In this document: positions 9,985 to 19,065 of the stretch, one piece after another
Layout of the letters: each line of letters opens with the position of its first letter
Position numbering within the stretch: the stretch's first letter is position 1
DNA from: Fidelibacterota bacterium
GTDB lineage: Bacteria > Fidelibacterota > Fidelibacteria > Fidelibacterales > DSDE01
Reading direction: 5' to 3'
DNA: 64,000 nucleotides
Assembly: GCA_046735395.1 (NCBI GenBank)
Contig: JBJKQR010000018.1
Coordinates: 64,001 to 128,000, forward strand
Notes under the pieces: model-generated
Seen by the model: only the letters and a program-made list of their open reading frames with translations
Told to the model about the DNA's origin: nothing
Databases searched by the model: none
Program-made: the position numbers and the translations under genes

Positions 9985-11424
9985 TCAGCCCACACTGCCT
10001 TCCAGGCTGACCGCGAGGAGCTTCTGCGCTTCGACGGCAAATTCCATGGGCAGTTTTTTAAAGACTTCCCGGGCATAGCCATTGACAATAATGCCGATGG
10101 CGTCTTCCGTGCTGATGCCCCGCTGGTTGCAGTAGAAGATCTGGTCTTCGGAAATTTTTGAGGTGGTGGCTTCGTGCTCGATACGGGCTCCCGGGTTGTC
10201 CACTTCCAGATAGGGAAAGGTGTGGGCGCCGCATTTGTCACCGATGAGCAGGGAGTCGCACTGGCTGTAATTCCGGGCACCGTCGGCGTTTTTCGCCACC
10301 CGGACCAGTCCCCGGTAACTGTTATTGGATCTGCCGGCGCTGATTCCTTTTGAGATAATAGTGGACCGGGTATTTTTTCCCAGGTGAATCATCTTTGTGC
10401 CCGTGTCGGCCTGCTGATGATTGTTGGTGACGGCCACCGAGTAGAATTCACCCACGCTGTTGTCGCCTTTCAATATGACGCTGGGGTATTTCCAGGTGAT
10501 GGCGGAACCGGTTTCCACCTGAGTCCAGGATATTTTCGCATCCCGGTGAGCCAGGCCGCGCTTGGTGACGAAATTGTATATCCCGCCTTTTCCGTCCTTA
10601 TCACCGGCATACCAGTTCTGCACGGTGGAATATTTGACTTCGGCCCGGTCGTGAGCAATGATTTCCACCACGGCGGCGTGAAGCTGGTTTTCGTCCCGGG
10701 CCGGTGCCGTGCAGCCTTCCAGATAGGAGACGTAGGCATCTTCATCGGCAATGATGAGGGTTCGCTCGAACTGGCCCGTCTTGGACGCGTTGATACGAAA
10801 ATAGGTGGAGAGCTCCATGGGGCAGCGGACCCCCTTGGGCACGTAGACGAAGGTTCCGTCGCTGAATACGGCGGAATTCAGAGCCGCAAAGAAATTGTCA
10901 CTGACGGGAACAACGGAACCCAGGTATGTGCGGACCAGGTCCGGATATTTTTTCAGCGCTTCGGAAATGGGCAGAAAAATGACGCCCAGCTCCTCCAGTT
11001 TGTCCTTGTAGGTCGTAGCCACTGAGACCGAATCAAAGACGGCGTCAACGGCAACCCCGGCCAGCGCTTCCCGCTCTTCCAGCGGAATGCCCAGTTTGTC
11101 AAAGGTGGCCAGAAGTTCCGGATCCACTTCGTCCAGTGATTTGGGGCCGTCCTTTTTCGGTGCGGCATAATAATAGGCGTCCTGGTAGTCGATGGGCGGA
11201 TAGCTGATGAAGGCCCAGTCCGGTTCCTTCATGTCCTGCCAGCGGCGATATGCCTTCAGGCGCCATTCCAGCATGAATTCCGGCTCCTGCTTCTTGGCCG
11301 AAATGAAGCGGACAATGGATTCATCCAGGCCTTTCGGCGCCATCTCCGTCTCTATATCCGTCACAAATCCGTACTCGTAGTCCCGGTTGGCCAGGTCACG
11401 GATTTCTTTGTCTTTTTCTCTCAT
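9985..11424 (-). CDS. sufB: Fe-S cluster assembly protein SufB
   Basis: [24 protein letters not shown] and HEATTSKI motifs. Confidence 0.97.
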   Translation of the reverse strand: MREKDKEIRDLANRDYEYGFVTDIETEMAPKGLDESIVRFISAKKQEPEFMLEWRLKAYRRWQDMKEPDWAFISYPPIDYQDAYYYAAPKKDGPKSLDEVDPELLATFDKLGIPLEEREALAGVAVDAVFDSVSVATTYKDKLEELGVIFLPISEALKKYPDLVRTYLGSVVPVSDNFFAALNSAVFSDGTFVYVPKGVRCPMELSTYFRINASKTGQFERTLIIADEDAYVSYLEGCTAPARDENQLHAAVVEIIAHDRAEVKYSTVQNWYAGDKDGKGGIYNFVTKRGLAHRDAKISWTQVETGSAITWKYPSVILKGDNSVGEFYSVAVTNNHQQADTGTKMIHLGKNTRSTIISKGISAGRSNNSYRGLVRVAKNADGARNYSQCDSLLIGDKCGAHTFPYLEVDNPGARIEHEATTSKISEDQIFYCNQRGISTEDAIGIIVNGYAREVFKKLPMEFAVEAQKLLAVSLEGSVG

Positions 11425-11464
11425 GGTCTCCTCAACGCTTCGGGCAGTTCTCTGCCGGGGTCGA

Positions 11465-11498
11465 AGTTTACGCGAATCTTGACAAAAATGTCAAGATT
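11465..11498 (-). promoter_or_regulatory. sigma70-type promoter of sufBCD overlapped by a perfect palindrome (candidate operator)
   Basis: Minus strand TTGACA-N18-TAAACT. Palindrome AATCTTGACA-AAAA-TGTCAAGATT at 11475-11498. Confidence 0.7.
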
Positions 11499-11567
11499 AA
11501 ATTTAAGGTATGGAATAATTTAAAGAAGGATAAAGATTTTAGGTCCTAACCTGTTCGGATGAATAGG

Positions 11568-11610
11568 AAAAATATTCCCCGGCCGGGCAGAGAGCTCAGC
11601 CGGGGATTTT
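11568..11610 (-). terminator. Likely intrinsic terminator of the ROK-MFS-SIS operon
   Basis: TCCCCGGC...GCCGGGGA hairpin followed by a T-rich tract on the minus strand. Confidence 0.6.
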
Positions 11611-11615
11611 TACAT

Positions 11616-12374
11616 TTATAGGACTTTGACGCGGCGTTTATATTCGTCGAGAGCTTCGGTGAGGCGTTCCCGTGACTTGGGATCACCCAGGTTGTGGCTG
11701 GGATGGATATGCAGTTTTTCGCCGCGGTCCGCCAGAATCTCCGCGACAGTGGTCACGGTCATCCACACGGCTGTGACAAAGGCCATGGTGGACAGCGGTC
11801 CGATCTTGTCCACGTGATTCTTCAGATCCACAGAGGCGTCTCCGATGGGAGTGCAGTTATCCACGACGATATCCGCGAGCTGAAAGAGATTCTTTCCTCC
11901 GCTGTGGGCGGTGCTGCGGGAATAACCTTCCCCGGCAGACCCGAAGACGATCAGTTTCATTCCCAGTTCCTTGGCCCGGATGGCCACATCGATATTGACG
12001 GCATTGACGCCGGTATGGGAAAAGATCCACATGCAGTCTCGGCTGTCAAAATCATAGCCGCGCATGATTTCCTTGCCGTAACCTTCCATCCGTTCGAGAA
12101 AAATAAACTGATGAACCCCCATTTCCCCGGTGATGCGGGTAAAAAAGGTGAGCGGCAGTTCGATCATGGGATGAAAACCGACGAAACCGCCGATGCGGGG
12201 ATACATTTCTTCGATGGGAAGGGTGGCGTGGCCGCAGCCGAAGGTGTGGACCCAGCGGCCGGCGCTGATACTGTCAGCCATGACTTCCGCCGCTTTGCGG
12301 ATATTATCCATCTGAGTAGTTTCGATTTTGTTCATGACGTCGTGGGCATTTTTCAGCCATTGTTGTGCAAGCAT
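11616..12374 (-). CDS. SIS-domain (sugar isomerase) protein
   Basis: HTFGCGH, FSHTGVN and ADIVVDN..P.GDA motifs. Confidence 0.85.
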   Translation of the reverse strand: MLAQQWLKNAHDVMNKIETTQMDNIRKAAEVMADSISAGRWVHTFGCGHATLPIEEMYPRIGGFVGFHPMIELPLTFFTRITGEMGVHQFIFLERMEGYGKEIMRGYDFDSRDCMWIFSHTGVNAVNIDVAIRAKELGMKLIVFGSAGEGYSRSTAHSGGKNLFQLADIVVDNCTPIGDASVDLKNHVDKIGPLSTMAFVTAVWMTVTTVAEILADRGEKLHIHPSHNLGDPKSRERLTEALDEYKRRVKVL

Positions 12375-12386
12375 TTCGTTACCTTT

Positions 12387-13553
12387 TCATTTTTGTTGTG
12401 CCGTCGAGGACGCAACCGTGTTTGCGATGATGATTAAGAGGCCGGACATGATGATCGCAGAGATGCTGATCAGGCCGGGAAAGAGTGATAGTTTATCCAT
12501 GCTGGACAAAAGTCCCACCAGAAAATTCAGGCCGGAATTCCCGATGAGAGCGATGACCAGAGCTACGGAAAAGGCTGTTCCTGATAAATCGGAGAACAGG
12601 TCGCCCACATAACCGAGAATGACGGGGAAACCGGCGGCGCTGCCGATACCGAGCAGGATCAGTCCGAGGACGGCCGTATTGAGCCCGGAGGCAAAATTGA
12701 GAAGAAGGCTTCCGCAGAAAATAATGAGCAGGGACAGAGCCAGCACGGCAATTGATGAATATTTTTTCAGGAGGGAGCCGAGGACGAGGCGGGTGAGAGT
12801 CAGGGCCAGAATCATGATGGACAGGGCGTAGAGACTGTGTTCGGTGGAAATTCCTGCGCTGTCGCGAAGGTAGGCCGCGGTCCAGGTGTTGCTGATGCCC
12901 TCGATGCCGCTTTCAAAGAAGAGAAAAAATCCCATGAGCAGCAGAACCGGCTGTTTCAGAAGTTTCAGACCCTGGGCAATGGGAAAACCCTGATTCTGCT
13001 TGGGTTCGGGAAATGTGGCAAACAGAAAGCGGATAAAGGTGAGGAAAACCAGGAAAGCAAAAAACTGAAGCAGGGTCTGATTGGATATATAGCGGTTGAA
13101 AAGGCCGATGAGCAGGGGCATACCCAGGGCGCCGATTCCGTAAAAGACACCCAGCAGGCTCAGGCCGGCGCCTTTGTCACTTTCACTGATGTCGGCCACC
13201 AGCGCGTTGGTTCCGCCATTGACAGCGCCGCCGCCGAAGCCGATGAGAAAAAAGGACAGCTGCAGCAGCAGGAGGGAGCCGGTCATGGAAATGAGCAGAA
13301 ATCCGACAGCAATCCCCAGAGTACTGTAAGCCAGCAGAAAGCGGTAACCGAAACGGTCCACGATGGGGCCGAAGATCATGGATCCGACCAGGATTCCGGC
13401 CGGCAGCAGCGCCGACAGCGAGGCGAGAGTGAGCTGACTGAGCTGTCGATCTCCGGTGAGATAGGCGCTGGCTGATCCGAGGGATAGCATGGCCATGCCG
13501 AAAATGAGCATGCCTATGTAGGCTGAATACCGTGCCATGTTCTGTGTGGACAT
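12387..13553 (-). CDS. MFS transporter (probable sugar permease)
   Basis: About 12 hydrophobic segments and motif A (GPIVDRFGYR). Confidence 0.9.
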   Translation of the reverse strand: MSTQNMARYSAYIGMLIFGMAMLSLGSASAYLTGDRQLSQLTLASLSALLPAGILVGSMIFGPIVDRFGYRFLLAYSTLGIAVGFLLISMTGSLLLLQLSFFLIGFGGGAVNGGTNALVADISESDKGAGLSLLGVFYGIGALGMPLLIGLFNRYISNQTLLQFFAFLVFLTFIRFLFATFPEPKQNQGFPIAQGLKLLKQPVLLLMGFFLFFESGIEGISNTWTAAYLRDSAGISTEHSLYALSIMILALTLTRLVLGSLLKKYSSIAVLALSLLIIFCGSLLLNFASGLNTAVLGLILLGIGSAAGFPVILGYVGDLFSDLSGTAFSVALVIALIGNSGLNFLVGLLSSMDKLSLFPGLISISAIIMSGLLIIIANTVASSTAQQK

Positions 13554-14515
13554 TATATTTCTCCTTCACAGCCCTGCATGAGGGCCAGTTTTCCCGCTCC
13601 GAACAGGCCGGCGTCCGCGCCGATGTCCGAGGCTTCGATAAGTGTTTCCCTGAAGGCGATGGGCTGGGCCCAGCGTCCCGCCTCCTGACGAATCTGGGGA
13701 ATGAATTTTCGCGCCGGGCCGAAGACGCCGCCGCCGAAAATGATGATTTCCGGATTGAAGATGCTGATATAATTGGCTGCGGCCATGCCCCAGTATTCGA
13801 TGGCCTGATTGATCACCGTGATGGCCAGGGTATCGCTCGCGTCGAAGGCTTCAAATACATCGTAGGAGGTAATATGTTCGGGAAGGGGCCGGCGCAGCAG
13901 TCCGTAATAGTCCGGGGCGCTGTTCAGCAGATCCATGGCAACCCGGGCCAGTCCGTCACCACTTGCGTTATATTCGAAGCAGCCGAATTTTTCATAGCCT
14001 TCCCGGAAGGGTTTATTCAGGGCCATCCAGCCGGTGGCACCGGCGATGTTACTCTGTCCGTGGAGAATCTTTCCATCCACCAGGATGCCCGCCCCGATAC
14101 CGGTGCCGACGGCAAGAAATACGGCATTCCGGCAGTTTTTCGCATGTCCCTGCCACACTTCGCCGAGAATATAGCAGCTCCGGTCGCTCTCGATGAAGAT
14201 GGGAATCCCATCGCTGATCGCTTCCAGATCCTTTTTCAGGGGGTAATCTGTCCAGCCCGGAATATTGGGGGCCCAGACTTCACCCCGGTCCACATGATAG
14301 ATGCCCGGGACGGACACACCGATGCCTTCAGGCTTGTCTCCCGTGTCATGGGCGGCCTGTATCAGTTTCTTTACCTGCTTCTGAATGATTTCACTGACCT
14401 GCACACCGGATTTCCCGGCTATCTCCGTCTTCTGACGGTTCAGGATTTCACCGTTTTCCGCCATCAGGGCAGAGGAGGATTTTGTACCGCCCAGATCAAC
14501 CGCTATAATGGTCAT
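13553..14515 (-). CDS. ROK family sugar kinase
   Basis: AVDLGGTK, GTGIGAG, GCFEYNASG and GGGV motifs. Start set at MTIIAVD, after a GGAG RBS. Confidence 0.9.
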   Translation of the reverse strand: MTIIAVDLGGTKSSSALMAENGEILNRQKTEIAGKSGVQVSEIIQKQVKKLIQAAHDTGDKPEGIGVSVPGIYHVDRGEVWAPNIPGWTDYPLKKDLEAISDGIPIFIESDRSCYILGEVWQGHAKNCRNAVFLAVGTGIGAGILVDGKILHGQSNIAGATGWMALNKPFREGYEKFGCFEYNASGDGLARVAMDLLNSAPDYYGLLRRPLPEHITSYDVFEAFDASDTLAITVINQAIEYWGMAAANYISIFNPEIIIFGGGVFGPARKFIPQIRQEAGRWAQPIAFRETLIEASDIGADAGLFGAGKLALMQGCEGEI

Positions 14516-14582
14516 GTCCGCTCCTTGATGTTGTGTCTCCCGCCTCAAAAGCTGCTGTCCGCAGGAAAACGCATTTCTAATA

Positions 14583-14644
14583 TTTTATCGTTAACAGTTT
14601 ATGACCTTTGATGCTTGAATGCAATATTATTTTTATCGATAACA
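14583..14644. promoter_or_regulatory. Two candidate LacI-family operators
   Basis: TTTTATCGTTAACA (14583-14596) and TTTTATCGATAACA (14631-14644): near-palindromes with central CG in the divergent ROK/LacI intergenic region. Confidence 0.65.
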
Positions 14645-14739
14645 TTTTTTATAATAATCTCTGTTTTTTCCAGCGAGTTTTCACTATACTTGCATAAAGT
14701 TACTAAGGAATGGCCCGGTGAAATCCGGGCAGGGAAGCG

Positions 14740-15756
14740 ATGAGAAACGGGAAGTCGGGTAAAATAACGCTCAAGGATATTGCCGAAATTGCCGGCGTCA
14801 CATCCATGACGGTATCCCGTGTCGTCAGCGGCAAGGGTTATGTGAAGGAAAGCACGCGCGAACGCATTCTCCGGATTGTGAAAATGCTGGATTACACGCC
14901 GAACCTACTGGCCCGAAGCCTGTCCAGCATGCGGTCCAGAACCATCGGCATCATTATTCCGAAGACCGAGCAGATATTTTTAGACAATTATCTGTCCCAG
15001 ATATTGGCCGGGGTCATGGCGGAACTGAAGGAAAAGGATTACCGGCTCATGATTTATCCGGTGGATGACGAGGATATCGCACAGAACGGCTATCTGGGTA
15101 TTGCCAACAGCAAGCTGGTTGACGGAATCATCATGCTGAAACCCCGCATCGACGATCCGCATCTTCAGAATCTGGCTGAATCGGGATTTCCCTATATTCT
15201 CATCAATCACCGTCCGGAAAACGGGCAGTATAATTTTATCGATACGGACATGAGGGCCGCAAATATCAACGTAGTGCGGTATCTGTATGAAAAAGGCTGC
15301 AGACGGATTGCCTTCGTCGCCGGCAGCCAGCTGGAACAGAACGGCATCGATCAGCTGCAGGGCTATCGGGATGGACTTCAACAGACGGGGCTTCCCTTTG
15401 ATGAGCGTCTGCTTATTTATTCCGGGGCAGGACGGGCCAACGCGGATATTGATCTCTGGACCGGCGGATCTTCCCGGCCCGATGCCATTATCTGTACCAA
15501 TGATTACACGGCCATTGCTGTTATTGATAAGCTGAAAACTCGAAATATTTCCGTTCCGGATGAGATCGCCGTCATCGGATTCAATGATATTGAACTGGCT
15601 AAATTTTCCAGCCCGACTCTGACAACGGTAAAACTGCCCATGCTGCGAATCGGCAAAAATGCGGCGGAACAGCTGATTGCCCTGATTGAAGGCGAAGTGG
15701 CCGAACCGATAAAAATTTCTCTCGAACTTCAGCTGATCATCAGAGAATCTGCATGA
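14740..15756 (+). CDS. LacI family transcriptional regulator
   Basis: TLKDIAEIAGVTSMTVSRV HTH, YTPNLLARSL hinge and PTLTTV. Confidence 0.95.
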   Translation: MRNGKSGKITLKDIAEIAGVTSMTVSRVVSGKGYVKESTRERILRIVKMLDYTPNLLARSLSSMRSRTIGIIIPKTEQIFLDNYLSQILAGVMAELKEKDYRLMIYPVDDEDIAQNGYLGIANSKLVDGIIMLKPRIDDPHLQNLAESGFPYILINHRPENGQYNFIDTDMRAANINVVRYLYEKGCRRIAFVAGSQLEQNGIDQLQGYRDGLQQTGLPFDERLLIYSGAGRANADIDLWTGGSSRPDAIICTNDYTAIAVIDKLKTRNISVPDEIAVIGFNDIELAKFSSPTLTTVKLPMLRIGKNAAEQLIALIEGEVAEPIKISLELQLIIRESA

Positions 15757-15822
15757 AGGGAGTATCATATGAACAGGGAATGGTCTGATTTTTGGACGTC
15801 CTTTCAAGTTAATGGGGGATTT

Positions 15823-18800
15823 ATGAGGAGTGGAACAGGAAAACTGACTGTCGTGCTGTTTCTGATCATGACACTGCTGCCGGTCCGGGCACTTTTTGCA
15901 GGAAACGGCAAAATCATGGGACGGGTTACCGACAGGAAGACCGGTGACGGGATTCCCGGAGCCAATGTTATGATCACCGGTGTCTGGAAAGACGGACGCA
16001 TGGAGAATCTGGAAATGGTTCAGGGTGCTGCTGCAGATGCCGATGGATACTATTTCATTCTCAATATCGTGCCCGGTACATACACCGTCAAAACGACGAT
16101 GATGGGCTACAAGGGCCTGGAGATCAATCAGATTCAGGTCAACATGGACAGAACGGTCAATGTGGATTTTGTTCTGGATGAGACGGTTCTGAAAATGGAG
16201 GCGGTGCAGGTTACGGCGGCAGGTGAAATTATCAAGCCGGACGTATCCGGTACCCAGGAAATCATCACCACAGACCGGCTGGTGGAAAGTCCCCAGATCC
16301 GTCTGGATGAATTTGTCAATAACATCAAGGGTGTGGAAGTGGTTGCGGACAATGACGGAAACGGTATTTCCATCCGCGGTGGTGCCGTGCAGGAGACAGA
16401 TGTGCGTCTCGATGGAATCTCCGCCCGGGATCCGCGTTCGGGAAATTCCTATCTTTCCTTCAATTCCACATCCGTATCGGAAATGCAGGTGCTGACCGGT
16501 GGTTTCGAAGCCAAATACGGCGGTTTCCGTTCGGGTATGGTCAATGCCGTGACCAAGGAAGGCTCCCGGGACCGCTATGATTTTTCCATGAAATTCGATT
16601 ATGCCCCGGCAGGTCAGAAGAAATATTTCGGTGAAGATCCCTATTCAAAAAATTCCTGGCTTTACAAGGTGTATGCCGATACGAGCTTCAAGTGGTATGA
16701 CCCGTCCGATGAGACCTGGAAAAGCTACGCCATGGATGGTGTTCCGAAAGAGGATTCTCTGCTTGCCCCCGGATTTCCGGAAGAACTGCGAACTTTCAAA
16801 GGCTGGAACGACAAGAATACGGGAACCAAGAATCAGACCATCATCGGATTTCCCAAAAAGCAGAAGCTGACGGCAGAACAGAAGCGGCAGCTGTGGCTCA
16901 TTCAGCATCCCGAATACAGTTATTTCAATGATCCGGATATCTACGCGGAGGGAACACTGACCGGCCCCATGCCCTTTACGAAAAATTCGACTTTTCTGCT
17001 CGGCGGGAAGCTGGAAAAAACGCAGTTTGCCTATCCCATCGGGCCGCGGGACTATTACCTCGACTACAACGGCCAGTTCAAAATGACGACGAAGATGAGT
17101 GACAAGATGAAGGTGTCTGTCAATGCGCTGTACGGAAAGGTGAGCACGAATACCTCCAACAGGCCGTCATCCATGGGCGGTGCGCTTGTGGATTATTCAA
17201 GTCGTTTCAGTTTTCTCAATAACAACCAGTCATCCGTCCGCCAGCAGGCCAGTATTCTTGGCAGCCAGAACGGATTCATTGACATGTACAACAAGAGCCA
17301 GCTCCAGGAACTCACCCAGCGCTGGTTCATGTCCGGCCTGAAACTGAATCATACTCTGTCGCCGCGGGTGTATTACACACTGAATCTGGAAGTGACATAC
17401 AATGACAACATGATAGATCCCATGGTGGCCGACAGCAGTCAGGATGCTGCCTGGACCATGCTCGACAGTTTTCCGGTTCTGAATTATCCGCGTATCGGCA
17501 CACCCAACGGCTCAACCAACATGGGCAAGGATCTGGATGACATGTTTCTCATCTACGGCGGCCTGCAGCAGGTGGATTCCTCCTACTCCTGGTCCGCGTC
17601 CCTGCGCTGGGATCTCACCGCGCAGCTCAACCGCTTCAATCAGTTTGAAACCGGACTGGAGCTGAAATACGATCAGTCCCATGTGTATTCGGGAACCTGG
17701 CTGCAGTCGGAGAAGATGTGGACGCTGGATACCTGGCAGTATTATGACGCCAAACCGCTGGAACTGGGTGCCTATATGCAGGATAAACTGGAATTCGAGG
17801 GAATGATCGCGAATATCGGCATGAGGGCGGACTATTTCAATGCCAACCGCAGCGCCTACGACCTCAGGCTGCCCCTCGATGAGGATTTTTCCAATTTCTA
17901 CAATCTTAACTATAATTACCTACCGGGACAGTTCGGATCCTTTGAACGCTGGCTGGCCATCCGCGATCAGCTCGGTGATCCGCCGGGCTGGCCCTCTCTC
18001 GGCAGCAAGGGGCAGCTCAAACTGTCGCCGCGTCTCGGTGTGTCCTTTCCGGTCACGACCCGCAGCAAGATGTATTTCAATTTCGGACATGCCTATCAGC
18101 GACCGAATATGACCTTTCTGTACAACATGGTGATATCCGGAAACCAGGCGGCCATTCCCTCTCCCGATCTGGAAATGGGAAAAACCGTCCTCTACGAATT
18201 CGGATACGAACAGCAGTTTCTCAAATCCTTTCTCTTCTCGACCACCCTGTACTACAAGGATGTGAGCAATGATCCACTGTCCAGAACCTTTGTGAATTAC
18301 TGGCAGGAATTTTCTGTGATCAAATATTTTCCCGATGCCTACTCGGACATCCGTGGTGTGGAAATGCGGCTGGAAAAGAATATGGGCCGTTTCCTCACTT
18401 TCTGGGGAAATTACGAATATATTCTGAAAAGCTATGGCCGCACCGGACTCTCCACCGTGTATGAAAACAAGGTCCAGAATGCCGACGTTCAGCGAAGCGC
18501 AAATATTTCCACCACGGAGCCGGCTCCCGAAGCCCATTTCAATGTCAATCTGCATACTCCCCCGAAATGGGGACTTCTGGGCGGATTTAAAGCCGATTTT
18601 CAGTCCGAATGGCGGGATGGCGGCAAGATTGTCATGAAATATGACCCCATTACCGGAAAACAGTTCAAGGTGGATGTGGTGGACTATTTCAATGTGGACC
18701 TGAGAGCATCGAAGAGTTTCCGGGTGGGCCGCCTCAATGCGGAATTTGTCATTACCGTGAACAACCTGCTCAACCAGAAACGTCTGAATATCGGCGGCAT

Positions 18801-19026
18801 GAGCACGGCACAATATTCCCGCTACAAGGAATCACTGCGCTTCTGGTACGAGGAGGATGAACAGGTGGTGGACAAGACGACGGGTGAAGTCGTGGACGTG
18901 ATCAAAAACCACGGAAACGACAAATGGGGAGAATTTAACAAGGACTATATCGATACAGGCTGGTACACGGCGCCGATCTTTCTCAATCCTCGCCGCATCC
19001 TTGTCGGATTCCGTTACTCATTCTGA
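15823..19026 (+). CDS. TonB-dependent receptor with N-terminal carboxypeptidase-regulatory-like domain
   Basis: Signal peptide, GKIMGRVTD..TGD.IPGANV, plug motifs (SIRGG, TGGFEAKYG...SG.VN.VTK), SPRLGVSFP and C-terminal Phe (GFRYSF). Confidence 0.9.
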   Translation: MRSGTGKLTVVLFLIMTLLPVRALFAGNGKIMGRVTDRKTGDGIPGANVMITGVWKDGRMENLEMVQGAAADADGYYFILNIVPGTYTVKTTMMGYKGLEINQIQVNMDRTVNVDFVLDETVLKMEAVQVTAAGEIIKPDVSGTQEIITTDRLVESPQIRLDEFVNNIKGVEVVADNDGNGISIRGGAVQETDVRLDGISARDPRSGNSYLSFNSTSVSEMQVLTGGFEAKYGGFRSGMVNAVTKEGSRDRYDFSMKFDYAPAGQKKYFGEDPYSKNSWLYKVYADTSFKWYDPSDETWKSYAMDGVPKEDSLLAPGFPEELRTFKGWNDKNTGTKNQTIIGFPKKQKLTAEQKRQLWLIQHPEYSYFNDPDIYAEGTLTGPMPFTKNSTFLLGGKLEKTQFAYPIGPRDYYLDYNGQFKMTTKMSDKMKVSVNALYGKVSTNTSNRPSSMGGALVDYSSRFSFLNNNQSSVRQQASILGSQNGFIDMYNKSQLQELTQRWFMSGLKLNHTLSPRVYYTLNLEVTYNDNMIDPMVADSSQDAAWTMLDSFPVLNYPRIGTPNGSTNMGKDLDDMFLIYGGLQQVDSSYSWSASLRWDLTAQLNRFNQFETGLELKYDQSHVYSGTWLQSEKMWTLDTWQYYDAKPLELGAYMQDKLEFEGMIANIGMRADYFNANRSAYDLRLPLDEDFSNFYNLNYNYLPGQFGSFERWLAIRDQLGDPPGWPSLGSKGQLKLSPRLGVSFPVTTRSKMYFNFGHAYQRPNMTFLYNMVISGNQAAIPSPDLEMGKTVLYEFGYEQQFLKSFLFSTTLYYKDVSNDPLSRTFVNYWQEFSVIKYFPDAYSDIRGVEMRLEKNMGRFLTFWGNYEYILKSYGRTGLSTVYENKVQNADVQRSANISTTEPAPEAHFNVNLHTPPKWGLLGGFKADFQSEWRDGGKIVMKYDPITGKQFKVDVVDYFNVDLRASKSFRVGRLNAEFVITVNNLLNQKRLNIGGMSTAQYSRYKESLRFWYEEDEQVVDKTTGEVVDVIKNHGNDKWGEFNKDYIDTGWYTAPIFLNPRRILVGFRYSF

Positions 19027-19065
19027 GTGAGACTCTGAAAGAATATTAATAAGCGAGAGGAAATC

